Source: the human T2T-CHM13v2.0 reference genome, Homo sapiens. Taken from it: 64,000 bases of DNA. A model generated the notes under the pieces. The model saw nothing but the letters and a program-made list of their open reading frames with translations. It did no database searches and was not told the origin of the DNA. Below are positions 1 through 14,425 of this stretch, one piece after another; position 1 is the stretch's first letter, and every line of letters starts with the position of its first letter. Both the position numbers and the translations under genes were made by a program. The DNA lies in the NCBI RefSeq assembly GCF_009914755.1, contig NC_060937.1. One strand, 5' to 3'.

Positions 1-646
1 CAGAGAGCATATCTTTGCTCTTGATGTCTTTTTAACCTCTATTGAATCCTCTACAAAACCTATTGCATGGCTTAGACACATTAAACACCCAATAAATTCC
101 TGCTGCCTAATCAGAAGGAAGAAAATCTGATACATGAACACTCCCAGGATAAAATGGGGTGATGGCTTGGACATGCTGGTAACAGAGGTAACATTTTCTA
201 TTTCCAAATTGCAAGTTCACCCATAACTGTAATGGAGATGAGTCACTGGGTCAATGGTCATGCTGTAAATTTGTAGCTCTCTGCTAACACTTGAAAATAA
301 TTCTTAAAATGATTGTCTTCATTTTATTAGCATGACTGATGACTTGGAAGGGAATCTATAATTGATTACATTCTACAACCAACCTCTGTTACTCAAATGA
401 GTGAAAGTGCAGTTATAAGTAGATAAATCTTGTCTAAGAAATGAAGATAAATTCATATAAATGCATAAAGGTGAAATTGTTATGTAATGGCTATGCCTAA
501 TTTATTAAGCATGTCATAATAAGCCTGACAAAAAGTCTAAAAAATATTTTTTGCAAGATACTGAACAGTAACAAAATATTTTACCTGTTGGATGTACAAA
601 ATCTTATTTTAACAGCTACTGAACACATTAAAAAAAATACAGCTTA

Positions 647-1038
<392 letters not shown>

Positions 1039-1538
1039 CTAAGTGTTCCCCCACAACTCTTTTAACTCACTTTTCATTTGTTCTGTAATCATGCATTCCA
1101 TCAACAGCCTTTTTTTTTTTTTTTTTTTTAAATCTGGGCATTGTTTGAGTTGAAAAAAGCTGGGGGTTTGGAAGCAGGGAGGGTACTTTAAGGAAGATGG
1201 GTTTTTATCACCAGGTCACTTTCCATCCACAATTCCTTGGTATGGACAGAAGAGAAGGGCATGCCTAGAGCCTGAAGCTAGCACAGAACTCACTAGTTGA
1301 AAGAAACAAGGATGGTCAGTGGAAGGGGAGGTAAGGAAAATCTGGCCAGTGGGCTCCATGCCTTGGAGTCATGCTTAGATCCACCTTTGTGAAGGGGTGG
1401 ACTGCCTAGGTCTTCATAACTACCTGTGCCAGCACTTAGCTCATAGTTGTCACTTATCATGGGTGGGTAAGTTACCAAATAAACAACTTCATCTGGTCTG
1501 GTTACTGGGGATTGAAGGATAAGAAACGGTATAGTCTA

Positions 1539-1672
1539 GGCTGGGTGCAGTGGCTCACGCCTGTAATCCCAGCACTTTGGGAGGCCGAGGTGGGCGGATC
1601 ACAAGGTCAGGAGATCGAGACCATCCTGGCTAACACGGTGAATCCCCGTCTCTACTAAAAATAACAAAAAAA
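1539..1672 (+). mobile_element. AluY-type left monomer only, with 18-bp TSD
   Basis: Left arm with GATCGAGACCATCCTGGCTAACACGGTG ending in the A-rich linker; flanked by AAGAAA(C/T)GGTATAGTCTA at 1521-1538 and 1673-1690. Confidence 0.92.
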
Positions 1673-2714
1673 AAGAAATGGTATAGTCTAGTGTTTCTGG
1701 CTGTTAGTCATTGGTAAAGCCAAAATACTCCTGCCTTTGAAGTTTCCTGATGCCTTCTAAACATTATATTTCAATCTGGTGAAGGAATAGGGCTCTAATG
1801 AGTCATTTGTGAAACCCTAATCAATAGCCTTGTGGTCTCCCTCATTTCTTATTATCATTGCACACACTACATCCACATGACTGCTTGTAAGACTATTTTT
1901 CACCGTAAATTGAACTCAAAATTTGCATATTTCTACCAATTTTAAATTTTGGCTTATGTTACATTTTGTATGAACAAGTTGCTGCCTAGAGTAGAAAAGT
2001 GGCATCCAATTAGAAAAAAGGAATTTTTATTTGATGAGGCCCTGAGTTGTGATGACTGGGGTGAAAGGAGAGGTTGGGTGGAGGTTGCTCTATTGTTCTA
2101 GTCTACAAAACACCCCATATCTTGACAATGAGTGCCTTTAAAGGGCAAAAACTGAGTGTTCATTTCTTTTAAGTATTCCTGCCGGTAGCAAACATTCGTA
2201 ATTTATGGGTCAGAACATTTCAGATGCTTTCTCTTCTGGCCTTATTGTCATCTGCCTTATAGCAATCTCTTAATCTCTCTTGATTGTCTTTTATTTTATT
2301 CAAGATGAATAATAGTGTGGCAGCTTTTGCTAATTCACTCCATTGGTTATCAAGTCTGGGAGACCCCACTTAAATGTCATATTTTGAAGATGAGGGGACT
2401 GAGGCTCAGAGAGGCTGAATATTTTTCGGTTCTTTACAGAGACAATACACAGGAGATCTAGACCTTGTATGCAGATCTTTGAACTCAAAGCCTATTTTTA
2501 TCTTCAGTACAACAGGAAACATTTATTCAATTCAATTTATTCCCAGTATGGGTTTAAAATTAATTGCCCTTATATGCAATACATTTTATTATTTTCATAT
2601 GGTTCCTTCAACCAAAAACATTTTTGAGATTCTCTTGTAATTTGTTCTGTCTAGAGGATCCCCTGAGTGACTTTTCAGGATTGCAGATTAATCAAATATT
2701 CAGATCCTGGGATC

Positions 2715-3366
2715 TGCTTCCGCTCAGAAAACAATACCCCAAGGCATGCCTCTTTGACATGCTGAGTACTTCCAACTAAAGAAGCCTTAGAATCAAGGTT
2801 GCTTTGACTTTCTTCTGTCCTGTGTCTTTTGCCCCTCTGCCTCTCCTAAAGCACAGGAAGGGGATTTCTTTGGAGTCTCCATGTCTGACTGTAAGGAAAG
2901 TTCCACCAGAAGAAAAAATGCATTTGCTCTAAACGCCTTCCTTGGAATCTAAATTAACCAGAGAAGGTGCAGGAGAGCATATTAAAGACCTCCCCACCCA
3001 AAACACTACATGCAGACAGACTTTTCATCTATTCTTCTGTTTTGTCTATTCTGCTGCCTGAGAGACTTTGTCTGCATAATAAGACCACTTTTGTTCATAG
3101 TGCATTCACTCTACCAACCCTCCCATAGCCTGTCACCACCACCCTCCAGGAGCCTTGAAGCCCCTATTTCTCTCTGTAGCTCAAAATGATATTTAAGAGT
3201 CAACCATCTGGCCCTTCTCTGAGTCTCATATTTTTGGGGACTCCTATGCATATGCACATAGTTTATATGCTGTTTCTTCTGTTAATCTCTCTACTATCAA
3301 GTTATCAAGTTTATTACAGAGATCGAACCTTCAGAGGATGGGTGGAAAGTTCCCTTCACCCCAATA
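2715..3366 (+). mobile_element. ERV1-class solo LTR, MER39/MER34-like
   Basis: CTCAGAAAACAATACCCCAAGG...CATGCTGAGTACTT 5' end, CTGTTAATCT...GAACCTTCAGAGG...TTCCCTTCACCCCA 3' end; 4-bp TSD GATC at 2711-2714 and 3367-3370. Confidence 0.75.
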
Positions 3367-3631
3367 GATCCTAGATAGATAAGAAAATAACAAAATATAG
3401 ATTTTATAGTTTTTTTGCAGTGATGTTTCCAGTTACTTAATAGGGGATACAGAAATTTCTGTATGCAAAATTAAGTTTTAATTCTGTTCAGTGTTTTTAA
3501 AGCTACATAACACTTCTAAGTTTGAAGAACACAAGTTGTCTCAGGGAAAAAGTGGGGATGGGAGCTCATTTATTGAATGTATATTACATACCAGGTACAT
3601 AAATTATCTCTTCAAGGTCTCAGCATATAAC

Positions 3632-3947
<316 letters not shown>

Positions 3948-4923
3948 TAGTTATTATCACTCCATTTCACAGATGAGAGAAATAGGACCCAGAGAAATAA
4001 ACCACTTGGGCCACCTAGGATGTGTCAGAGTTGGTATCTGACTCTAAGACAGTAAAACACGAAAGTTATTTTCCACTATAAAGTTGCTGTCCCTTATAAA
4101 ATCAAGTTAGTAATAACACAGTGCAGCCAATACATAACTGTTTGAAATTTCACACGTGTATTCTACATGGCAGGGCCTGGGCCATGTTTTCCACCACTGC
4201 GCTTGCCATGGAGGGATCCAAATGGGAGCTCAATGCTCAGGAACACAAGTGGGCGGAGACAGGAGCACTGGGGGAATGACTTTTAAACATATACTGGGAA
4301 TACATTGAATTAAACAAATGTTTCTGCCCCTCTACCAATGTGATTTTAAGTTTCCACCACAATTTCCAGATGAATCAGACTCAGTACAATGGCAGAGGAA
4401 TGAAAGATTACATGCTTTAAATAAATGTGGTCCTGCTTTCCGAGGCACTCTGTGCTTTAGTGAGGACAGCACGTAGCTCATTCCCATCCTGTCTCACCTG
4501 CAAGCCCAGTGCTGAACGAGGTTGCTGGTACCATAGCAGATTCTCATGAGGCACAGTGAATGACTACCTGACTCAGGGTGTTTCAAAGCAGCCAACTGAA
4601 AACATTAAAATAAATACAAAGGTCTCATTTTTGTAGTTACGTGAGAATTGGCGCCTGATGGCATGGACAATTTTGCCTGAGGCTGCCATATTTTGGAATA
4701 AGGAAGGTAGAATCTGAAAAACACATTGTTACTGACTCATCTGCAGATATTCCCTGCTCCAAATTTTCTCTAATTTCAAAATATTTGGAATTGCAAGTGG
4801 CCTAAGAGATCATTGCCTCCAGGTTTCTCTTTCCTCACTTTCAGAAAAAGAGAAGACTCTCCTTTCACCCTCATGACTCATTTCAATCTTATTGATAAAT
4901 TCTTTCTTTTAAAGTTGTATTTT

Positions 4924-5064
4924 GTCTTTTTTTTTCTCCCTTTTTGTGGAGAAAGGGGTCTCGCTATATTGCCCAGGCAGGTCTCGAACTCCCCAGCTCA
5001 AGCTATCCTCCCGCCTCTGCCTCCCTGAGAGCTGGGATTACAGGCATGAGCCACCGTGCCCAGC
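4924..5064 (-). pseudogene. BCYRN1: BC200 (BCYRN1) RNA retrocopy; Alu domain plus A-rich region, unique 3' domain absent
   Basis: Reverse complement has BC200-specific CCCAGCTCTCAGGGAGGC, GGATAGCTTGAG, GAGACCTGCCTGGGCAATATAGCGAGACCCC, TCTCCACAAAAAGG...AAAAGACAAAA; perfect TSD TTAAAGTTGTATTTT at 4909-4923 and 5065-5079. Symbol is that of the parent gene. Confidence 0.88.
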
Positions 5065-5684
5065 TTAAAGTTGTATTTTATTTTACTTTGTTCAGGTAAG
5101 CCAAAGCCAATAAATTTAATGCATAGGGATTTTCCTTTGCTGGGGGAGAGCTTCAGATGCAATGAGAAAGAGCTGATTTTATGGAAAGAGATAAGCTTGA
5201 TGAAGAATTGACAAACAGGAGGTCTGAGATTTGTTTGCAGAAATATTGTTGACTTGCTCGGTGGATTGGACAAACACCCACTGAGTACTATAGCCTCCTT
5301 CACTTAAAAAGAAGAAAACTCTCTTCACTTTTCTCATAGCTGTCTCTAGCTGACAGCACATCATAAAGTGTGCTTCTTTTTTTTTTTTTTTTTTGCCTTT
5401 ATTGCTATGTTTAAAGTTCTTGAGAATGCATTGAACCAGCTGGTTTGGTACATAATTGGAACTGAGTAGTACACAGGAAGGTTTAAAAAAAGTTATCCCC
5501 TTCCTCCAGAGGTCGTAGTCATGGAAACCTGCTAATACCTTTAAATAAAATATATCCATTCTTTCAAAGGAAAACTTGAACACCATGTATAAAGATAAAT
5601 ATTTTATGAAATAATGCAGGTTGGCTTGGAGATATTCTCCTTTGTTACAGTAATTATTTTACTTTCCCTTTTACACTGGATGAA

Positions 5685-6130
5685 CGTATTAGTCAATGTT
5701 CTCTAGAGCGACAGAACTAATTGAATATGTATATATATATAAAGGGGAGTTTATTAAGAATTAACTCACACGATCACAAGGTCCCACAATAGGCTGACTG
5801 CAGGCTGAGGAGCAAGGAGAGGCAGTCCGAGTTCCAAAACTGAAGAAATTAGAGTCCAATGTTTGAGGGCAGGAAGCATCCAGCACGGGAGAAAGATGTA
5901 GGCTGGGAGGCTAGGCCAGTCTCTCTTTTCACATTTTTCTGCCTTCTTATATTCTAGCCGTGCTGGCAGCTGATGAGATGGTGCCCTCCCAGATTAAGGG
6001 TGGGTCTGCCTTTCCCAGCCCACTGACTCAAATGTTAATCTCCTTTGGCAACACCCTCACAGACACACCCAGGATCAATACTTTGTATCTTTCAATCCAA
6101 TCAAGTTGACACTCAGTATTAACCATCACA
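5685..6130 (-). mobile_element. MLT2A1 solo LTR (HERV-L)
   Basis: Minus strand begins TGTGATGGTTAATACTGAGTGTCAACTTGATTGGATTGAA; 446 bp; 5-bp TSD ATGAA at 5680-5684 and 6131-6135. Confidence 0.88.
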
Positions 6131-6529
6131 ATGAAGAAACCCCAATTTGATGGTTGATGTTATTCAGTTTATTTGCTAGTCACTGTTATACCTGCTTCCT
6201 TAGATCTTCCTTTAAAGGTCTGATGTTTGTTTTACTTATTAGAATGGAAATATTTCATGCAATATAATTCATTGCAATCTTTGAATGATGTATCATTGAC
6301 AACCCTAAAATCTGGTTAATAAATTATGCATCCTATTTGTTCATTTTGACTTGAGTTAGCCTCTGCTACTCAGTCAAGAGAGAATAAGTCCATATCTAGA
6401 AATAGGGAATACAGAAATAAGTCAGTCCTTGTAAAGTTTGAATTGTTACCATTTGAAGATCCTCTCTACAGTCACACCTTTAGAACTCATCTATGGTTGC
6501 TAATCTTTGCATGACCTCTCAGAGCTTCA

Positions 6530-6632
6530 TAGCATTTTCTTCATCTTTCAGATGAGGATGCTGAGGCTCAGAGAGATTAAGTAAAACGTTCAAGGTCACA
6601 CAGCTAATAAGTGGCAGACCTGGGACTCCCCA
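6530..6632 (-). mobile_element. MIR fragment
   Basis: TTTCAGATGAGGATGCTGAGGCTCAGAGAGATTAAGT...CAAGGTCACACAGCTAATAAGTGGCAGA core. Confidence 0.8.
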
Positions 6633-6819
6633 GGACCATAACTATGCAGCAAGCCTCTCATATTAGTTTGTCATAAAACACACAAAACATTTAAACTAGC
6701 TATATGCCTAGTTTATATCAATATAAACTAGCTTTAATGACTGAAAAGTTCCTATACTCAGTGGCAATGCAACATAATAATATTTTAAATATAATTACCC
6801 TAATACAATGTATCCCTGC

Positions 6820-6940
6820 TCTCTGAAACAGAGCTACCACATTGCACAACTCCAGGGGCCACTGTCCCCATCAAATACTATAGGAATGATCCCTCTTGAA
6901 GTAATGCGCTGAGCTTGCAGGGCTGCTCTGACAGCCCTGG
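6820..6940. mobile_element. MER91A-like hAT MITE remnant
   Basis: TTGCACAACTCCAGGGGCCA...ACTATAGGAATGA...CCTCTTGAAGT resembles the internally palindromic MER91A core. Confidence 0.45.
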
Positions 6941-8715
6941 TGATACAAGGCTTTCTGATAAACAAGTTAAAAAACAATCTCACGGACAGTGGAAAAAAAA
7001 CTAGTGAACCACAGGTAGTACAAAAAGAATTTTTCTTTGGATAATACGCAAAATCAAATTACCACATAATGTACCACACAGATATCCAACAAATTCTTGT
7101 TGAATGAATGTGTGTCCAGGCCCAGATCAGAAATAAGAGATTTCTCACTGAGTGTGATGTGATGGGTAAAGAAGCCAAAATTCTTGAGGTAGAAGCTGAG
7201 AAATACAGAAGCATCTGAGAAATACGCCTAAAGATGAGGGGCTGGGAGAGGCAGGGGAGTGGGGTGGGAAGCGTAAAATAATCAGCAAAAAGGACAAGAG
7301 AAGATGAAGGGATGCGTTGATTGAGGTGGCCCTGGCTTCCTGGCTGCCCTGTCTGGCTGTTCACATTCCATGACGACTGACACCTTCCCTGGCACTGCTC
7401 AGAACCCTCAACTACAGACAGAAGCCCAAACTCCAGCCTCCTGTGCCCCAGCTGTGTTTCCAGCCTCTTCTCATGGTACTCTTTTCACCTCCTACCTTGT
7501 GCTGTGACCCCACAGGGCCCAGCTGCTTCCCCAGGGCTGTCCTCCAGTGGGAGCCAGCACTAACCCCCTCGACTCCTCACATCAGTACCTTCAGCTCCAC
7601 CTTCACCTGGTGAAATTCGCTTATGCCTGACCCCCCACCATGAACACCACCTTCTCCAAAACACATTCCCATTCTCTTCACTCAGAAGTCATTCTGAGCG
7701 TTCCTTCTTGTTCTCATCAACTCTCAAAACCTCCAGGACACCATCCTCCTCTTCCTGCCTCGTTATTTCATGACATTGCAACTCCCTCTGTTACAGGGTT
7801 TACCTGCTTAAACACAGGGCTGTGTCTTAATCATGGTTTTAGCTTCCATGGGCTTGAGCACAGATGAGTTACATCAAAAATATTTGTATTGACAGGGTTT
7901 TAAATGTCTGTCATCTACCACATTTCTTGCAAAGTCGTTCCCGCTGAAACATAGGCCTTCTTGGCCTCTTTTTACAGCAAAGATGCTGAGATTCAGAGAG
8001 GGAACTTACTAAAATAGAAAAAGCTGGTGTTAAAACCAGAATTCCAGCACAGGTTTCATAAAGCCCTTGACCCTTCCATCACTATATCCTGTTTTTGTGA
8101 CAGGAGAGAACAAAATCCACTTGGACAAAGTAGAAAATATTAGCCTAAAATATATTCATATCAATAGCCACACAAAGTCACAAGAGGGCCGTTGGGCCTA
8201 CCAACCACGGCCTGGTTCTGTGGGAAGCATTTGGAACCTTAAGCATTTGCCTGCATTAAAGTCCAGGGTGAAGATTCGTGTTCAGAACAATGAGCCTGGG
8301 TTATAATGAAAATGTTTCATTTATTAAATTTGCTCTGCTTTAGAAAGCAGAGAGTTATACAATATGTCATTGATTTTTTTTTTAGTTCATTAATGTGTTG
8401 ACCTGATTGTTCAGTGCTCAGTGAAAGGTAATTGATCAGTCCCAAAATAGTATAATCCAGTGATTTCCAAAGTTTCTCAATTCATAGCGCTATTAATGTC
8501 TCAGTTTTTTCTCTATACCTTATCCAGTTTGTATTTCAGAAGGAATATATAACAGTTACACTTATTAATAAGTTCTGTTTAAGCAACTTAATAAGCATTG
8601 ATGTGCTAGCAACTTAGTAGCCCATTGAAAAAAATGCTATGATATTTTTGTTGTATTCTTCAATAACCATAATTACAAATGGGCTGTGTGCTCCTATTGG
8701 GTGCTGTAAAACTTA

Positions 8716-8880
8716 CTTTTTTTGAAAAAAAATCAACTTTTATTTTAGATACAATGAGGTATGTGCAGGTTTGTTACATGGGTGTATTGTACCCAAGTAG
8801 TGAGCTAGCCCCCAATAGGTTGTTTTTCCACTCACACCCGCCCTCTTCCTTCCCCACTCTAGTAGTCTGCAGTGTCTATC
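8716..8880 (-). mobile_element. Old primate L1 (late L1PA/L1PB) 3' end fragment
   Basis: TTTATTTTAGATAC...GTGCAGGTTTGTTACATGGGT...CCCAATAGGT...CCCCACTCTAGTAGTC...GTGTCTAT. Confidence 0.75.
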
Positions 8881-9639
8881 TGCACAACTTCTTAAATCTT
8901 AGAATCAGATTGGACACTGTGCCATCACCCTCATTTCCTGTTCCTCACTGATTTTTCATTCAGTACTTGGTTAAATCATAGCAATTGCCAACAATGGCAA
9001 CAACAAAAATATATTAGTAAAGTTAGGACTTCATTGAAAGGAAGATAGCATGATTTCATATGAAAGCTGTAAACTACCCCAACTTGGTAGTTTATGCAAT
9101 GATCAGCAGATATCGCATACTGCTGTGTTTCCTTCAGAATTCTAAACTAGCTCATTGTGTCATTATCAGTTTGCTGTGGTGCCCTGTAGTGCCTCAGTGC
9201 ATAGCTTGTGAACCTTGGATAATATCATTACATTCCATATATATTATTGTACACAAATAACGTTATAAACTTTCCTATTGTCAGTTACATTTGATATGCA
9301 GTTTCTTTATAGAAGCATAATTAACACAGAAAGGTATATAAATCATGAATAGATAGAAGAATTTGCAGAAAGTGAACACATCCACATAACTACCAATCAG
9401 ATCAAGGAGTAGAACATTAACAACACCCAGGAGGATCCCTCATGCCCAGGACCCAGGCACTACTCCCCTCCTCCCTAAACTTAACCAGAATCCTGACTTG
9501 TACTTCATATGTGAGATTCCTAAACAGGAAAGTACTGCTTATGAATACACCATATTTTTTGAAACATAGCCATTTCTGAGTTGCAGTGAAAAAAAAATGA
9601 TTTTTTCCTGATCATCTTTTCTACTTCTCCCCCATTGTG

Positions 9640-10115
9640 AAGCAGCTATGAAGATTGGCAGATTGATCCCAAATTGGTTTAAAGGCTCAAGGCTGGACTT
9701 CTTATCTGAACCTAAACCAATTGTGCCATAGAATTTCCTGGCCATGGTAGTCAAATGGCCTAAGATGACCCAGTCAGAGAAACGGCCCAGCATTTTCCTC
9801 CCTACTCCTCCTTCTTCCTTCTTTGCTTTCTTTCTTTTTATGTTTTTAATAGGATACCATCTCTGAGCTGGACAAGAGAGCAGATGACCCCAGGAACCCT
9901 TGGCAGCAATCTTGCAAATGGAAACCGAGTGATCCCTGGGATGCAGCCAACATCACAGACGGCAGATTGGCAAAAATGAAAAACAAACAAAAACAAAAAA
10001 TGTTCCCTGGTATCATCTTAGAACCACTGAATCATCATTGGACTCTACATTAATGTGTGCCAATAAACTCCCATTTTATATAAGTCCATTTGAATTTGGG
10101 TTTTCTTTAACTTAC
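9640..10115 (+). mobile_element. Ancient MLT1 (MaLR) LTR remnant
   Basis: Ends CAATAAACTCCCATTTT...AAGTCCATTTGAATTTGGGTTTTCT...ACTTACA, typical of old MLT1 3' ends; GGCAGCAATCTTG motif; boundaries approximate. Confidence 0.55.
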
Positions 10116-11334
10116 ATGCTTACTAAATCATAAGATCAGCTAACTATCAGCTAAATGGAAACTTCAGTAATGTAAAACAGCCATTTCTCAATGTAAAAAA
10201 AAAAAAAAAACTAGCATATAATTTTCCCAACAGGAAAGAAAATGCTAGTGAACTAAAATTTCCATTTGAGAGAAAAATCAGCCAAGCCAGCTTCTGCAAT
10301 AATTGGTTCATCTTTCTAGGACTCTGTGATTAACTCCACTCATATATCTTCCAAAACAGGGAGATTTAAACAGGTTAACAAAAATTGGGGTGCTTTTTTG
10401 TGGTTTTAAATTATTCTGTTAAGTGAAACCTTCCAGATGCAGCAAATATTCTCTTTTAATAGAGTTGCATTTTCAAAGCAAAATTTCCTAGCTGTCCTTG
10501 CCTTGCTAATGAAGTTTTCCACTTATCTATAATATGTGCAGAATGGTGATATTTGATGTGGCATTTTCTTGACATTTCTAGGCTACTATAATCATACTCT
10601 TTAATTGTCTCTGCCTAATCTGCATAGGAGACCTGACATCTCATCCTGGTTTCTGATTTTAATCATAACTGCATGGAGCCAGAAGGGTCACTAAATAGCA
10701 TCCAAAAAACACTGTTATCAAAGACACTTTTGCCAATGCTTTTAAAAAGCCAAAGCAAATGATATTTTTCTAAAAAATGAGGTTGTTTGTTGTGGTGAAA
10801 ACAAAGAGATAGCTTTAAATTAAATACCAAATGGGTTTTCTAAGCATTAAAATAGGATAAGTATAAAACCAGACTAGGGATACATCTCCAATATCACTAT
10901 GCTGATAACATCACTTAAATTCGCTAGGCATTTATGGAAAACAATGATAATTCCAGTAAATGCCAGTTCTACTTTCAGAGTAGCTCCACTGAAATGAATG
11001 AATTACCTCTTATCAGGCCACCAAGGGGTACTGTGATTCCGGAAGCATGACAGTACCTTTGATAGATAAGCCCTCCCTGGAAGAGGAGAATTAATTTCCC
11101 CCAGCTCTGCAAAGGCCAGCTCTTGCTACATATCACACACCACACCTGCCACAAAGTGACGGAGACTTTCCTGGAGAAATGGCCATGGTGTGATGGAATT
11201 CCAAAGCAGAGAGCCAAAGGAAAGGAGTAGTAGCCAAGAGAGCAGCCATGGGCGAATCAGACAAGAAAGCTTGTCACCTTAAACCCTTTCCCTAAGCAGG
11301 GAATAAAGAGAGTGCAAGTCCTGCAAGGAGGGGT

Positions 11335-11578
11335 TGTGGTATGGTTGGAGGCATGAGCTCCAGAGCCAGACCTCCTGGCTCTCATCCCACCTGGGCAACT
11401 GCACAGCCTTCAGCAAGATGCTGCACTGTTCCGTGGTTCCATTTTCACAAGCATAAAAATGGAGAAATGAATAGGACCTAATTATTGGGGTAGTTATGAA
11501 AATTAAATAGGTTGATATTTGTAAAGTGCTTAGAACAATATCAAGTATGATACACATTTGGTAAGTAAACAAATAAAT
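11335..11578 (+). mobile_element. MIR
   Basis: GAGCCAGACCTCCTGG...TAAAAATGG...ATGAAAATTAAATAGGTTGATATTTGTAAAGTGCTTAGAACA. Confidence 0.75.
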
Positions 11579-13197
11579 GGGACTGACATTTACTATGGCT
11601 GTTTACTGACATTTGCCCTTTTCATTGCTCCCACAAAGGAGAAAGGAACAGATGTTTTACTTCCTTTATCTCACTGAATTTCCCTTAACAAACTTCAAAA
11701 TAGGCCTTGTTATTAGCCCTATTTTACAGAAGAGAAAACCGAGGAACAGAGAGTTTAAGTAACTTCCCCTGGGCACCATGATTTACATCAGGTCCCCATC
11801 ATTCCCAAACCTGGTGTGTTATTTATTTGCTTGTTTTTCCATTGCACAACCTTATATCTAGAAGCTGGGATAGGATGGTAAAGGACTGAAGTTGAAGTAG
11901 AAAGAAGGTATTTTAAAATGCAGCAGATAAAGACAAATACTAAATAGGTTGAAGGCAAAAGGGGATGCTCTTTGTCATTTCTATCATATAATCAAAGTTA
12001 GTACACCCCATGGAAAAACAAAAACAAAACAGCTTTACATAGAACTGATTATACGAGGAAAAGAAAATGACAAGAAAACCAGGCACAATGTAGAAATTCA
12101 CTTTGATGACAATACAGAGCCATTTACTATAAGCAAAGGGCAAAGTAGAACCAGATAAGGCATCGGAAATGCAAACACTAGATTCCCATCTAAATTGCCA
12201 GTCAACACTAAATCGTTTGCTGCAAGGAAAACAGCTGCCCACTCTCAGCAGTGAGGCAACCAATACCATTTTTAAGCACTTTTTACTACCTAGAAATGCC
12301 AAGACTCATGCTGTTATTGCTACTATTTATAAAGAATGAAAGGATTAATTATCTACAAGTAAGCCATCTCATTACTTCTGGCATTCTGTAGTAGATAAAA
12401 CACCCTGTTATTTCATAAACAGATAAATGTGCAATGAAGTCTAATTTAATTAAGTAAAATTGCAAAACGATGAGGTAACTTGTTCTAATAATTTAAGTTA
12501 CCTAAATAAAAATTATAGATAAAGGCTAGTCTTTTTATTTGGACTTTACAGGGATTTAGTGGTTAGTTTTATAATATTATTTATTACCAGAAAATGTCAA
12601 AAAAAAAAACGGGGCTAGAAAGCATTCTAAGGTTTTCGATTATGAGAGTGTTTTTAAAAGTCTCTGCATATATGTAAGAGAAATAATGTAAAAGAAGTCT
12701 ACTGTAAATGATAAAAATGATAATATTTAAACTAGAGCATTATAATAATTTTGATAAATTTTCCATTAGAGAGAAGTTGGTTAGGACAAAATTTCAGGAT
12801 TTACATTTGTTTAAAATTTTCAGGGTCTTTGAAGAGGCAGCTGCCTGCTTGAAAACATCTCTTATGGGTTCCGCAATATTCCAATACATTTGCTACAGTG
12901 GATCAAGGCATCTTCTTTAGAAAACCATCTTTCTCTTACCAAGTGCCAACAAGCCATCAGGGAGGGTTAACACATTAAAGCATAACCCCTAATATTACAT
13001 CTACATTTCACAGCACAGGACAGAATGCAGAAGGAATAGATTTTTGGAACAAATCTATCCAGGCCAGGTATTATGGTCTGAGTTGTTTATGTCTACCCCA
13101 AATTCCTATGTTGAAATCAAATCACCAATGTGATAGTATTAGGAGGTAGAGTCGTTAAGAGGTGATTCCACCCTCCTCAACGGAGTAAGTACTGTTA

Positions 13198-13598
<401 letters not shown>

Positions 13599-14325
13599 CT
13601 AGAAGGTGCCATCTACGAACCAGGAAACAGGCTTTCACCAAATACCAAATCTGCCAGCACCTTGATCTTAAACTTCCCAGCCACCAGGGCAGTGAGAAAT
13701 AAATTGTTGTTTGCAAGCTGCCCAGTCTGGGGTATTTTGTTATAGCAGCCCACATAGACTAAGACAACATGTGGCAGACATGGAAAAGTTAGGTGGGGCC
13801 TAACCAACATACTAGTAAAGTAAGCCATCACTGTAAGGGCTATAGGTTTGAGAAAGATCAGAAGATGAAACCCATAGGAGAGAAAGTGGCCATAATTAAA
13901 AAAAACAACAACAACAACAACAAAAACCCTCGAAATTATACTAGGGTGGGAAGAAGGAATATAAACCATTGATTCTCAAGCTTAGTTCAAATTGGGCCCT
14001 TCAGGGGTCTGTTGAAGATTAGGAAGGCTCCATGAAAGAAAAACACTCTTCAGACTCCTGGTGAAACAGAAGCTGAGAAAGGCAGAGATGAAACAAATCA
14101 GCTCCACCTTTAGCTAAGGATGAACAGCAAGAGAGAAGCTAGTGGAAGATATTAGGCCAATGTAGGAGCTCACCTGAGTTCCATAGACTTAGCTACCATG
14201 GGCATTTACACTGCCTATGGGGTGGATCTCAGGGGAAAATAAATGATGTAGCCTAGTTAATGTCTAGAGTAGTGATTGGGTGAAAAATGAGTGGGACCAA
14301 TGCTGTTCTCTAATTTCACCAGTTA

Positions 14326-14425
14326 GTAGGGTCACCATAAAATTTGACAATCAAAGAGAACGATTTTAAGGAGTGATGCTAGTAATAATTATGGTGGAAC
14401 AACAGGTATAAAAAGACTAGACTAA
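14326..14425. mobile_element. MER94-like hAT-Blackjack MITE
   Basis: TAGGGTCACCATAAAATTT...TAATAATTATGG...GAACAACAGGTATAAA; a similar copy lies at ~30645-30762. Confidence 0.5.
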
